NCBI GenBank assembly: GCA_944380825.1
Contig: CALWIX010000106.1
Span: 1 to 57,277, forward strand
Direction of reading: 5' to 3'
Length of the DNA: 57,277 nt
From: an uncultured Clostridia bacterium
Lineage (GTDB): Bacteria; Bacillota; Clostridia; Oscillospirales; Acutalibacteraceae
Every line of letters begins with the position of its first letter. Position 1 is the first letter of the stretch. Position numbers and translations under genes: made by a program. Under the pieces are notes generated by a model that was not told the origin of the DNA, did no database searches, and was given only the letters and a program-made list of their open reading frames with translations. This document shows positions 35,211-44,412 of the stretch, in pieces.

Positions 35211-35726
35211 TTAGATCTCTGTTTTTGTTTCTTCTTCAGAAGGAGCAGCCTCTTGCGTGCATTCACAACAAGCTTTTTCTTCTTTTTCAGCTTCGCAAGG
35301 AGTCTCTTCACAACAGCATTTTTCTGCTTCTACATTCTCTACCTCTACGGGTTCTTTATCTTTAGCTTCTTTTAAACGTGTACCACAGTAGCTGCAGAAA
35401 AATGCATCCTGCGGGTTCTCTCTGCCACAACTTTTGCAAATCACTTTATTGCGGAACTCCAAAAGCTGACTGTTGATCAAATCAAGCTGATCGTACAGTT
35501 CGTCGATAACAGCGACATTTTCCTCAATCAGTTCCTGCACGGAATTTCCCGTCTTTTGGGAATCATAAACGATGCTTCCCAGCGTCTGATAGCGCTCGGC
35601 AATCTCACGGTTCAAATCTGCCGCGCTAATACGCAGCTTAGAAATATCCACCATGATCCCCGCTTTTTTCCCAACGGCATTGACTGCAGATTTTGCATTG
35701 ACAACTACATCTTCAAAAATTCCCAT
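35211..35726 (-). CDS. zinc-ribbon domain protein with Cys/Glu-rich tail
   Basis: CKSCGRENPQDAFFCSYCG zinc ribbon. Followed by a strong terminator. Confidence 0.7.
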   Translation of the reverse strand: MGIFEDVVVNAKSAVNAVGKKAGIMVDISKLRISAADLNREIAERYQTLGSIVYDSQKTGNSVQELIEENVAVIDELYDQLDLINSQLLEFRNKVICKSCGRENPQDAFFCSYCGTRLKEAKDKEPVEVENVEAEKCCCEETPCEAEKEEKACCECTQEAAPSEEETKTEI

Positions 35727-35896
35727 ACTACGGCACCCCTCTTTTTCTCAAATATTATATCACTGTGCTTTTGCTGAAGGATTTTACAATTTTATTATAG
35801 TCTAAAGTTACGGAATAATTGTGAACAGTTTATAAAAAATATTACAACTTTTCTACAAGATTTAACGTACATTTTCTGCCATTTATACACAGCTTG

Positions 35897-36856
35897 TTAA
35901 TACAGGCCGCCTCCAATAAATTCACGGATAATCGATTCCTGCGGCACGATCTCCTCTGGCAACGGTACAAATCGCTCAAGCGCTTCCAGATACCGGCGCA
36001 TATCCGTATTTTCACCGGGATGATCCGCAAGATAGCGCTCGATAAGGGGAATTGCGTGTGCTCGTATAACGCATGGTTCGTAGATGTGAATGGAATTTAT
36101 TGTGACATCACTGCTCTTTTTAAACGGCTGGATATAATGTTGTTCGCCGCGCAAAACATCCGGCCACATCGATACGGTACGCTCTGCGCCGGTTTTACGG
36201 AAGTGGTAATCACGTACAAGACGCCGTAAAAAGCGCAGCTCCCTCGCTTCGAGCACCATACCGTTTTGATCTTTAATTCCTTGCTTAACGCTTACATATA
36301 CCCGGAAAAGTTGGTTCTTCGGCAGATGGCTGCTGATAAGCGGATTAAGGGCATGCAGCCCTTCTACCACCGCGATTCCATGCTCTCCCACAGCAATATG
36401 GCGCATTTTTTCGTCCGGACAGCGGCGGGCAAAATTATATTGTGGTACATCGCACTCCCCCGTATGGGCTAAATCTAAAAAAGACTTTTCTATCTGCTGT
36501 AAATTCAGCGCCTCTACGGCTTCATAATCATATTTTCCTTCTTTGGTAAGGGGAGCTTTATTTTCTCCTCGGTAAAAATCATCGAGAGAAATAAGCTGCG
36601 CAGGAAGACCTTGCGACTGGATCGCCTCTACAAGCCGGTGCGCTGTAGTGGTTTTTCCACTACCGGAAGGACCGGCCAAAAGCAGAATCCGACAACCACG
36701 GCGCTCATACAACAGCCGTTTTACAACACCCATAATCTGGTGACGGTAAGAAAGCTCTACCTGCTCCACCATCTGTACCGGATTTTCCTGAGCGGCCTCG
36801 TTGATCTGTTCCATATGATTGACATATTTGAGGTAACTATTTCCAAAATTCATCAT
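35897..36856 (-). CDS. uridine-kinase/phosphoribulokinase-family P-loop nucleoside kinase-like protein
   Basis: Walker A LLLAGPSGSGKTTTAHRL. 319 aa. Overlaps the hemZ 3' end by 20 nt. Confidence 0.75.
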   Translation of the reverse strand: MMNFGNSYLKYVNHMEQINEAAQENPVQMVEQVELSYRHQIMGVVKRLLYERRGCRILLLAGPSGSGKTTTAHRLVEAIQSQGLPAQLISLDDFYRGENKAPLTKEGKYDYEAVEALNLQQIEKSFLDLAHTGECDVPQYNFARRCPDEKMRHIAVGEHGIAVVEGLHALNPLISSHLPKNQLFRVYVSVKQGIKDQNGMVLEARELRFLRRLVRDYHFRKTGAERTVSMWPDVLRGEQHYIQPFKKSSDVTINSIHIYEPCVIRAHAIPLIERYLADHPGENTDMRRYLEALERFVPLPEEIVPQESIIREFIGGGLY

Positions 36857-38309
36857 AAATTTCTTTCACCCGATCCTTTCTTACTATCATTTCGGGATAA
36901 CGGCTGATATATTCATACGGGAACTTAAAATTAAAAATACGTTCCAGGTTATCGGTTCCCGGTTCTTTCACTTTGGAAACAGCCCCCGCGCCGCAGGCGA
37001 GGACAGTGTGGGTTTCATCCATTACATAGACATTGTAATAGCTTTCGCAGCCCGGCTTCGACCATCCGGTATTTTCCAGATTACCCACCATACGGCTTTG
37101 ACGGTAGAGATAATAGGGAAAATACCCTGACTGCGCGAGACGGCTGTCGCCGTAATCGAGCATTCGGCCGGCCGTTTCGGCATCGTTTTCAAAATGGACG
37201 CCCGTCTGATTAATCCGAGAAGATCGTTTTAGCGAGAGGGCATGGATCGTAATACTCTCGGGATCAAGCTGTATAATTTGCTCTAGAGTACTTTCAAATC
37301 CTTCCACTGTGTCTTTCGGAAGGCCCACAATCAGATCCATATTGATATTAGAGAATCCCGCGCGGCGAGCTTCTTCAAAGGCTTTAAACGTCTGCATCGA
37401 CGTATGACGGCGCCCAATTTCACGGAGCACCTCGTCCCTGAGCGTCTGCGGATTGACGCTCAAGCGCGCCACGCCGCTTTTTTGCAGAGCAGTAAGCTTT
37501 TCAGGAGTAATGGTATCAGGCCGTCCGGCCTCTACCGTAAACTCCCGGCAAACGGACAAATCGAAATTCTCCGTCACCGACTGGCACACCCGCGAAAGCT
37601 GCGGCGCTGTAAGCGTCGTGGGCGTTCCGCCGCCTATGTATACAGATTCAAGACGCAATCCCAAATCTCGGGCCACTTGCGCCGTTTTTTTTACTTCGCC
37701 GCAGAGAAGATCGACATATTCGGGAATCAGACGCGCTGCCCGCTCCACCGACTGTGACACAAAGGAACAGTACGCACACCGTGTGGGACAAAACGGGATG
37801 GAAAGGTATAGGCTGAAGGATTCCGGGCGGGAAAGCGACAGGATCCTCTGCTCATTTTCCATGGTATGCAGACTCTTTTCCGTTTTCTGCGGGGAGACGA
37901 GCAATCCATTTTGAAAATAATCCAGCGCGCTTTCCAGCCCCATTTCTTCCGACAAACGGCGCAACAGTTTGATGGGCCGCACTCCCGTTAAAATTCCCCA
38001 CTTTGGTGTATACTGGCACAGCTGAGTAAACAAATGGTATAGAAGTACCGCCAGAAGACGCTCGCACTCTTTTTCTTTGTGAGCCTGCACCGTAGGTACA
38101 GTCTGTTCGGCTTCCCGGCGCCAATCTCCCATCTGCAGCCATACACGCACAAGCGTTGTATCCCCTTGCTCAAACACGCCTGTATAGGCAGCAAGATCGC
38201 CGGGATCTGCTAGTTCGTACACCGTTTTTATTTTTTCATAAGGAAAAAAAATCCGGCACAAATTTTCCATCTCATAGTGAAAATTGTGCCCTTCAATCAT
38301 CAAAACCAT
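36837..38309 (-). CDS. hemZ: radical-SAM coproporphyrinogen-dehydrogenase-like protein HemZ
   Basis: LYLSIPFCPTRCAYCSF (CxxxCxxC). 490 aa. HemN/HemZ-type length and layout. Confidence 0.85.
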   Translation of the reverse strand: MVLMIEGHNFHYEMENLCRIFFPYEKIKTVYELADPGDLAAYTGVFEQGDTTLVRVWLQMGDWRREAEQTVPTVQAHKEKECERLLAVLLYHLFTQLCQYTPKWGILTGVRPIKLLRRLSEEMGLESALDYFQNGLLVSPQKTEKSLHTMENEQRILSLSRPESFSLYLSIPFCPTRCAYCSFVSQSVERAARLIPEYVDLLCGEVKKTAQVARDLGLRLESVYIGGGTPTTLTAPQLSRVCQSVTENFDLSVCREFTVEAGRPDTITPEKLTALQKSGVARLSVNPQTLRDEVLREIGRRHTSMQTFKAFEEARRAGFSNINMDLIVGLPKDTVEGFESTLEQIIQLDPESITIHALSLKRSSRINQTGVHFENDAETAGRMLDYGDSRLAQSGYFPYYLYRQSRMVGNLENTGWSKPGCESYYNVYVMDETHTVLACGAGAVSKVKEPGTDNLERIFNFKFPYEYISRYPEMIVRKDRVKEIYDEFWK

Positions 38310-38937
38310 AAAGTCTGTCCTTCTGTAAAAAATATAGATTTTCCCGCCGCTGGGCTTCTAGGGTAGTCGTTTCGCCGTGGCCGGGGAACAAATAAAAGTC
38401 GCCTTCCAGCGCGGCCAGTTTTTTGACGGAAGAGAGAATGTCCGCCGTGTTTCCCGTAGGGAAATCAGTGCGCCCGACCGATCCGCAAAACACGGTATCT
38501 CCGGTAAAGATCGCATCCTGTACAAGATAACAACAGCTCCCCGCCGTATGGCCCGGTGTAGCTAGTACAGAAATGTTCAGACTGCCCAGCGGGATTTCAT
38601 CCCCATCTTCCAACAGCACATCTGCCTTTACACAAGGCAGCGCCGCGCCCATGCTTTCGGAAAGATTTAGGGCGGGATTTTCCAGAAACGGTGCCTCCTG
38701 ACGCATTATATAAAGCTTGGCTCCCGTTTCACGACGCAAAGAATCAGCTGCAGTAATGTGATCAAAATGGCCGTGTGTTAAAAGAATTTTTTCTATAAAA
38801 CCGAACTTTTTAACCATCTCATACAGGCGATCAGAAAGAAAGCCGGGATCGATCACCGCCGTTTTTCCGGAATTCTCATCCGTTAAAAACCAGCAGTTCG
38901 TTTCCATCATGCCTCCTCTAATTCCGGTAATCTTCAT
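38293..38937 (-). CDS. MBL-fold metallo-hydrolase (hydroxyacylglutathione-hydrolase-like)
   Basis: ILLTHGHFDHITA. ATG 38937 (MKITGIRGG) lies 6 nt after GGAGGA; the track start 38988 has no RBS. Confidence 0.85.
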   Translation of the reverse strand: MKITGIRGGMMETNCWFLTDENSGKTAVIDPGFLSDRLYEMVKKFGFIEKILLTHGHFDHITAADSLRRETGAKLYIMRQEAPFLENPALNLSESMGAALPCVKADVLLEDGDEIPLGSLNISVLATPGHTAGSCCYLVQDAIFTGDTVFCGSVGRTDFPTGNTADILSSVKKLAALEGDFYLFPGHGETTTLEAQRRENLYFLQKDRLYGFDD

Positions 38938-38990
38938 TTTCCGTCCTCCTTTTCGGCTGTCCCTTGTAAAGGAACCCGAAACCGGCACTT

Positions 38991-39809
38991 TTAAAAGCCG
39001 CGCCGTTTTAAATCGGCTACAATATCTTTATAAAAATCGGTAATATCTGAAACGCGGTCCTGTACCCGCTTTTTGGTAAACGGCCTGCGCCTTAAATCCA
39101 CCTCGTCACAGTGGGAAATTCCTCGATTTGATGCTGAATGCACAACCCCGCGGAAATTTGCCCAGCTTGCCGAATGCGGCGTAATTAAGCCATCGTTTTC
39201 ACCTTCAAGTATCCTTACCACCAGATAGGAGAAAAACAGCAGAAAATCACTTCGAAAACTGCTCATCACAAACGCAAAGCTTTGACAATAGACTTTAGGG
39301 GAATTCTTAACTTCTCGATTAAATTTTTCCGCATATTTTTGCGAAAATGTGTGATATACGGAAAAAGAGTCTGGACACTCATCTCCTAAAAAACGATACC
39401 ATACATCAGAAAAAAAGGCGCAGCCTTTTACAAGAAACTTGGGAAGTGACAACAGCAGATCGACCGTTTTGGAACCGTGGTGGGGCGTGGAAATAGTCGT
39501 CAGTGAGGCGATCTGATCTTCCATTCCTAATTTGGAAATGAGAAAACGAGCATCAAGACCGCCTTTTGAGTGGGCAATCAGATTTACCTTTTCACAGCCT
39601 CTTTTCTCCAGAATTTCCAGCAAGTGCCGTTTCAACTGGGCCGCGTTGCTCTCTACACTGCCATGGCTGTCCTGTCCGCCATATTCCACAACGGCTCCGC
39701 ACGATTCCAGTACACGAGGAATCCTACCCCAATAGTTGAGATGCTTTCTGTCGCGAAATCCCAATCCATGGATTAAAACAATCGGATAATGTGTCTTACA
39801 TTCATCCAT
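38991..39809 (-). CDS. lipase-type alpha/beta hydrolase
   Basis: YPIVLIHGLGF and nucleophile elbow LIAHSKGGLDA. ATG 39809 (MDECK) follows AGGGGAG by 6 nt. Confidence 0.8.
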   Translation of the reverse strand: MDECKTHYPIVLIHGLGFRDRKHLNYWGRIPRVLESCGAVVEYGGQDSHGSVESNAAQLKRHLLEILEKRGCEKVNLIAHSKGGLDARFLISKLGMEDQIASLTTISTPHHGSKTVDLLLSLPKFLVKGCAFFSDVWYRFLGDECPDSFSVYHTFSQKYAEKFNREVKNSPKVYCQSFAFVMSSFRSDFLLFFSYLVVRILEGENDGLITPHSASWANFRGVVHSASNRGISHCDEVDLRRRPFTKKRVQDRVSDITDFYKDIVADLKRRGF

Positions 39810-39876
39810 CCTTTTCTCCCCTTTTAGCAAGGCCATCCTACAGTCTCACTGGGGGCACCATGGGCCGGCATCTATT

Positions 39877-42063
39877 TCAGCTGCGTTTGACGGAGATAAT
39901 ACCTTCGATATTTTTCAGCTTTCCGATGACGGTGGTAATATGCTCAATTCCGTTGACGGTAATGGTAGCATGGATTACAGCATGGCCGTCTTTTGTTACC
40001 CGAGAATTGAGTGACTGGATAAACAGCCTCATATTGAAAAATTGCTGCGTTACATCTGCCAAAAGTCCTGATCTATCTTCTGCCACGATTTCCAGGGTAG
40101 ATTCAAATGTCTCCTTCACTTCACCTGCCCAGTGCGCCTTCACCCAGCGCTCGGGCTCGGGGGCCTTCGAGATGTCTTGCGGCACATTCGAGCAGCTCCG
40201 TTTATGAATTGATACGCCAAAACCTCGCGTAATAAAGCCGATGATCTCATCTCCAGGCAGCGGATTGCAGCAGCGCGAGAGCTTAATCAGGCAGTTGTCC
40301 ATTCCTTCTACCAACACTCCGCCCATCGCCTTTTTATTTGTGGTGAGCGGTGTTTTCTTCTCCTGTTGGGCCTGCGCTTCCGGCAGCTGCTGCTTTTTCT
40401 TCATATATTCCTCACGGATGCGAGGCATCAGCTTCCACAGCTGAATACCTCCGTATCCGATAGCGGAATAGACATCGTCCACTGTAGAGCAGTTCTGCTT
40501 GCGCCCGATGGATTCGAGCAGATCCTTAAGCTCCTGATCGCTCATCACAATTCCGTTGCGTTTAAACTCGCGCTCCACTTCCGCGCGTCCCTCTACAATA
40601 TTCTCCTCGCGGCGCTCTTTTTTGAACCATTGGCGGATTTTGTTTCTAGCTTCGCTTGTTTTCACGATATTCAGCCAGTCGCGGCTCGGACCGTGATCGG
40701 GCTCTTTCGTTGTCAGAATCTCAACAATCTCTCCTGTTTTTACTTTATAATCGATGGGGACAATTCTCTTATCCACCTTGGCTCCGATCATACGATTGCC
40801 AACAGCACTGTGGATAGCATAGGCAAAATCAATCACAGTAGACCCAGACGGCAGGCTGATGACCTCCCCTTTCGGAGTGAATACAAACACCTCTTCGGGC
40901 GCTAAATCCGATTTGATGGTACGAACCAGATCCGTGGCGTCTTCATTATCCTTTTGGTTTTCCAGCATTTGACGAATCCAAACGAGACGGTTTTCCAGGG
41001 TGTCACCTTTTGTCAATCCAAGTTTATATTTCCAATGGGCAGCAATACCATATTCTGCCGTGTGGTGCATCTCCCATGTGCGGATCTGCACCTCAAATGG
41101 GATCCCCTCAGCGCTGAGCACCGTAGTGTGCAGCGACTGATACATATTCGGTTTTGGGGTAGAGATATAATCTTTAAACCGGTTTGGCAGAGGCTGGAAC
41201 ATATCGTGGATAACACCGAGAACATTGTAACAGTCGTTGACAGTATCTACAATTACGCGCACGGCATAAATATCGTAAATACTTTCGATATTTTTCCCCT
41301 GAATGAACATTTTCCGATAAATCCCGTTAATGCTCTTGACGCGTCCTTCCAAATATACATTGGGAATCATGGCAGAAAGGCGATCATAAATTTTCTTCTT
41401 TGTACGCTCAATAAAGGCCGCACGCTCGTTTTTATGCAGGGTAAGGGTATTTTCAATTTCTTGATATGCTACAGGATCCAAATAGCGAAGGGAGAGATCC
41501 TCTAGCTCCTCCTTTACTGCACGGATACCAAGACGGTGCGCGATGGGAGCATAAACTTCCATACATTCCAGCGCCTTGTCACGCTGCTTCTGCGGCGTTT
41601 GATATTCCATGGTACGCATATTATGCAGGCGGTCGGCCAGCTTAATGATGATAACCCGGATATCGTCCGCCATGGCGATAAGCATTTTGCGAATATTCTC
41701 TGCCTGCTGCTCTTCACGCGTGGAATAAGGAATCCTTCCTATTTTTGTCACACCGTCGATGAGGTTGGCAATATCGCGGCTAAACATTTTTTCGATCTGT
41801 TCAAGGGTGATAGGAGTGTCCTCTACTACATCGTGCAAAAGCCCAGCCGCAATCGATTCCGAATCCATACCTAAATCCACTAAAATAGAGGCTACAGAAA
41901 GCGGATGGACGATATAAGGCTCGCCGGAAAGCCTTTTTTGGCTGCCGTGAAGATCATCGGCAAGCTTATAAGCACGCCCAATTAGATCCATGTCAAACTC
42001 GCGGTCGCTCTCTTTTATTATCTCGAGCAATTCTTCATACGTTGAAATTTTTCCCACGGGCAT
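39877..42063 (-). CDS. relA: bifunctional (p)ppGpp synthetase/hydrolase
   Basis: HD hydrolase motif LLHDVVEDT, RelA_SpoT synthetase core, TGS and C-terminal ACT region. 728 aa. Confidence 0.93.
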   Translation of the reverse strand: MPVGKISTYEELLEIIKESDREFDMDLIGRAYKLADDLHGSQKRLSGEPYIVHPLSVASILVDLGMDSESIAAGLLHDVVEDTPITLEQIEKMFSRDIANLIDGVTKIGRIPYSTREEQQAENIRKMLIAMADDIRVIIIKLADRLHNMRTMEYQTPQKQRDKALECMEVYAPIAHRLGIRAVKEELEDLSLRYLDPVAYQEIENTLTLHKNERAAFIERTKKKIYDRLSAMIPNVYLEGRVKSINGIYRKMFIQGKNIESIYDIYAVRVIVDTVNDCYNVLGVIHDMFQPLPNRFKDYISTPKPNMYQSLHTTVLSAEGIPFEVQIRTWEMHHTAEYGIAAHWKYKLGLTKGDTLENRLVWIRQMLENQKDNEDATDLVRTIKSDLAPEEVFVFTPKGEVISLPSGSTVIDFAYAIHSAVGNRMIGAKVDKRIVPIDYKVKTGEIVEILTTKEPDHGPSRDWLNIVKTSEARNKIRQWFKKERREENIVEGRAEVEREFKRNGIVMSDQELKDLLESIGRKQNCSTVDDVYSAIGYGGIQLWKLMPRIREEYMKKKQQLPEAQAQQEKKTPLTTNKKAMGGVLVEGMDNCLIKLSRCCNPLPGDEIIGFITRGFGVSIHKRSCSNVPQDISKAPEPERWVKAHWAGEVKETFESTLEIVAEDRSGLLADVTQQFFNMRLFIQSLNSRVTKDGHAVIHATITVNGIEHITTVIGKLKNIEGIISVKRS

Positions 42064-44123
42064 TACACTGCCACCTCCAAAGATTTAATTCGGCGCAGCA
42101 AGGGGGACGCCGTCAAATCCACTTTCCCTTCCACTTCTTTTAACTGAATATGTGCCCTTTCTCCATCCTTTTCCAGTGAAATAAGGCCGCGTTCTTCTAA
42201 AATATCTAAAATAATCAAAAGTCTTGCCAAATCCATTTTATCTTCCATACGTCCTAGCAGCACCAAAAGGCTTTGGTCCCAGCCTCTCTTTTCCCGCAGA
42301 AAACGATATACGAGAGCAAACGCATCGCGGTCCGGTGTAAGATGTTTTGCCTGTTCTGGTGTCAGGCGTTCTCCCCGGCAATACCTCTCGTAGAGCTCCT
42401 GTCCCGCAATAAGCTTCTCTGGTTCCTGCTGTGAGAGTTTCATATCCCGCACAAAAATAGAGAGCGTCAACTCTCCGCGGAAAGGCTTTGCGTCAAGCGT
42501 CACTGCCAGATCCAGTATGTCACCCAACTCATAGGGAAACTCTTCCAGCGTCATATGAAATTTCATACAACGTACATATGCCCCTCCACGTGAAAAATTC
42601 AGACGCAGGTGCTTTCCACCACCTACCGGAATAATCTCTTCAAGCTTCATGTGGAATAAACCGAACAAGGGCTCCGGATTTCCTGTACCGAAAGGCTCCA
42701 TTCTCTCTAATGACTGTACCATCCCTACATTGAGCACATCCGGCCGAAGTTTACAGTCAAGCGTCAGGGTAGGGGCCGGCACGCCACCTGGCAGCAAGGC
42801 AGCGTAACGATTGATACGGCGGCGGAATTCTTCGATTCGATCCGCCGGCATTGTCAGCCCAGCCGCCATTGGATGACCACCAAATTTTGTCATCAAATCA
42901 GAGCACGAACTGATGGCATCGAACAGCGAAAATCCTTCTACGCTGCGGCCAGATCCCTTTGCTTCTCCGCCACTGCGGGAAATGATAATACAAGGTTTTC
43001 CGAACTTTTCCGTCAGTCGGGAAGCTACAATCCCGATTACACCATGATGCCAATCTTCTCCATCCACCACAAGCACACGATCGCAGGCTCGTAAGGGCTC
43101 CTGCCGAAGTGACTCCAACACACTTTCATAAATCTCGCTTTCAATTTCCCGACGAAAATTATTGTCTTCACAAATATTGCAGGCAAGCTGTTCAGCCTCT
43201 TCGGGATCTTCGCTGATCAGCAAGCGGACGGCCCTGTCCGGAGAACCAATGCGTCCTGTAGCGTTAATCCGCGGCACTATGGTAAAGGCGACGCTACCAG
43301 CAGTAAGCGGCCGATCTGCAGCTCCCGCATGCTCCAGCAGCGCGTGCAAACCCAGTCGATCCGATTGGGCGATAAGTTTGAGCCCCTTTTTGACAAGAAG
43401 CCTATTTTCCCCTTCCAAAGGGACGACATCGCCAATGGTACCGATTGTTACAAGGTCGGCATAGTTCTCCACAAGAGCCTGCATGTCACAATCCGGCCCT
43501 TCCAACGCCGTAATCAGTTTGAACGCCACGCCTACGCCAGAAAAATATTTATACGGCAGATCGCAGTCCTTTCGAAAAGGATCAATGACTGCTACCGCCT
43601 TCGGAAGCTCTTCCTGCGGACGGTGGTGATCTGTGATGACCACATCGATTCCTAACGATTTGGCATACTCTACCTCGCGTGTCGACGCGATACCATTATC
43701 TACAGTAACAATTAAACGAACACCCCGCTCGTGCAGAACATCGATAGCTCCCGTATTCAGGCCATATCCTTCGCCTTCCCGCTCTGGAATATAGAACAAC
43801 ACGTCTGCCCCACACGCTCCCAAATACGAACAAAGAATAGCAGTAGAGGTCACGCCGTCAGCATCATAATCACCGTAAACAGCGATCCGCTCCATGTTGT
43901 CCACCGCACGCCGGATCCTCTCCACGGCTTTCTCCATATCCGGAAGCAGCAGCGGATCGAAAAACTCCGCATCTTCCTGTAAAAGGGCTTCTATTTGCTC
44001 GCGTGTACGAATTCCCCGGATCTCCAACATCATTGCCAGAAAGGAGGGAAGATCATATTCCTTAGAAATTTCGGCTGCACGATCCTTATTCAATGGCAAT
44101 ATCGCCCACTTTTTGATATTCAC
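42063..44123 (-). CDS. recJ: single-stranded-DNA-specific exonuclease RecJ
   Basis: DHH motifs IAVYGDYDADGVTS, TVDNG and VVITDHHRP, plus DHHA1 FGGHPMAAGLT. I prefer GTG 44123 (VNIKKWAILP, 5 nt after AGGTGGG) to the track start 44207. Confidence 0.9.
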   Translation of the reverse strand: MNIKKWAILPLNKDRAAEISKEYDLPSFLAMMLEIRGIRTREQIEALLQEDAEFFDPLLLPDMEKAVERIRRAVDNMERIAVYGDYDADGVTSTAILCSYLGACGADVLFYIPEREGEGYGLNTGAIDVLHERGVRLIVTVDNGIASTREVEYAKSLGIDVVITDHHRPQEELPKAVAVIDPFRKDCDLPYKYFSGVGVAFKLITALEGPDCDMQALVENYADLVTIGTIGDVVPLEGENRLLVKKGLKLIAQSDRLGLHALLEHAGAADRPLTAGSVAFTIVPRINATGRIGSPDRAVRLLISEDPEEAEQLACNICEDNNFRREIESEIYESVLESLRQEPLRACDRVLVVDGEDWHHGVIGIVASRLTEKFGKPCIIISRSGGEAKGSGRSVEGFSLFDAISSCSDLMTKFGGHPMAAGLTMPADRIEEFRRRINRYAALLPGGVPAPTLTLDCKLRPDVLNVGMVQSLERMEPFGTGNPEPLFGLFHMKLEEIIPVGGGKHLRLNFSRGGAYVRCMKFHMTLEEFPYELGDILDLAVTLDAKPFRGELTLSIFVRDMKLSQQEPEKLIAGQELYERYCRGERLTPEQAKHLTPDRDAFALVYRFLREKRGWDQSLLVLLGRMEDKMDLARLLIILDILEERGLISLEKDGERAHIQLKEVEGKVDLTASPLLRRIKSLEVAV

Positions 44124-44258
44124 ACCATCCCACCTGCCTCCATAATACTTAATTGTACCATTTTCTCCCGTTTTATTCAATATTTTTATTTGCCATATTC
44201 CTGCCAAAAACCACCTGTGTTCCTACTTTTCCCGTTTTCTTTTTTCCCGCTACACAAC

Positions 44259-44287
44259 TTGACGAAAAAGTGGGTTTTTGCTATATT
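44259..44287 (+). promoter_or_regulatory. candidate promoter of the beta-helix gene
   Basis: TTGACG, a 17-nt spacer, then TATATT. This leaves a leader of about 120 nt. Confidence 0.5.
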
Positions 44288-44412
44288 TAATGATATGGAT
44301 GAAAAAGTAATTTCTGGAAATTTTACTAGAAATTATTCGTTTTTATTTTAGGATACCGTTTTGGGGCGAATAGCGTTCCAACAGGTTTTCTTATCCAAAA
44401 GGAGGAGTTTTT

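Noticed and set aside
44124-44207. N-terminal 28-residue extension of RecJ in the track ORF (MAGIWQIKILNKTGENG...).
   Set aside because: No RBS precedes ATG 44207, and RecJ homology begins at the NIKKWAILP segment. GTG 44123 has an AGGTGGG RBS 5 nt upstream.
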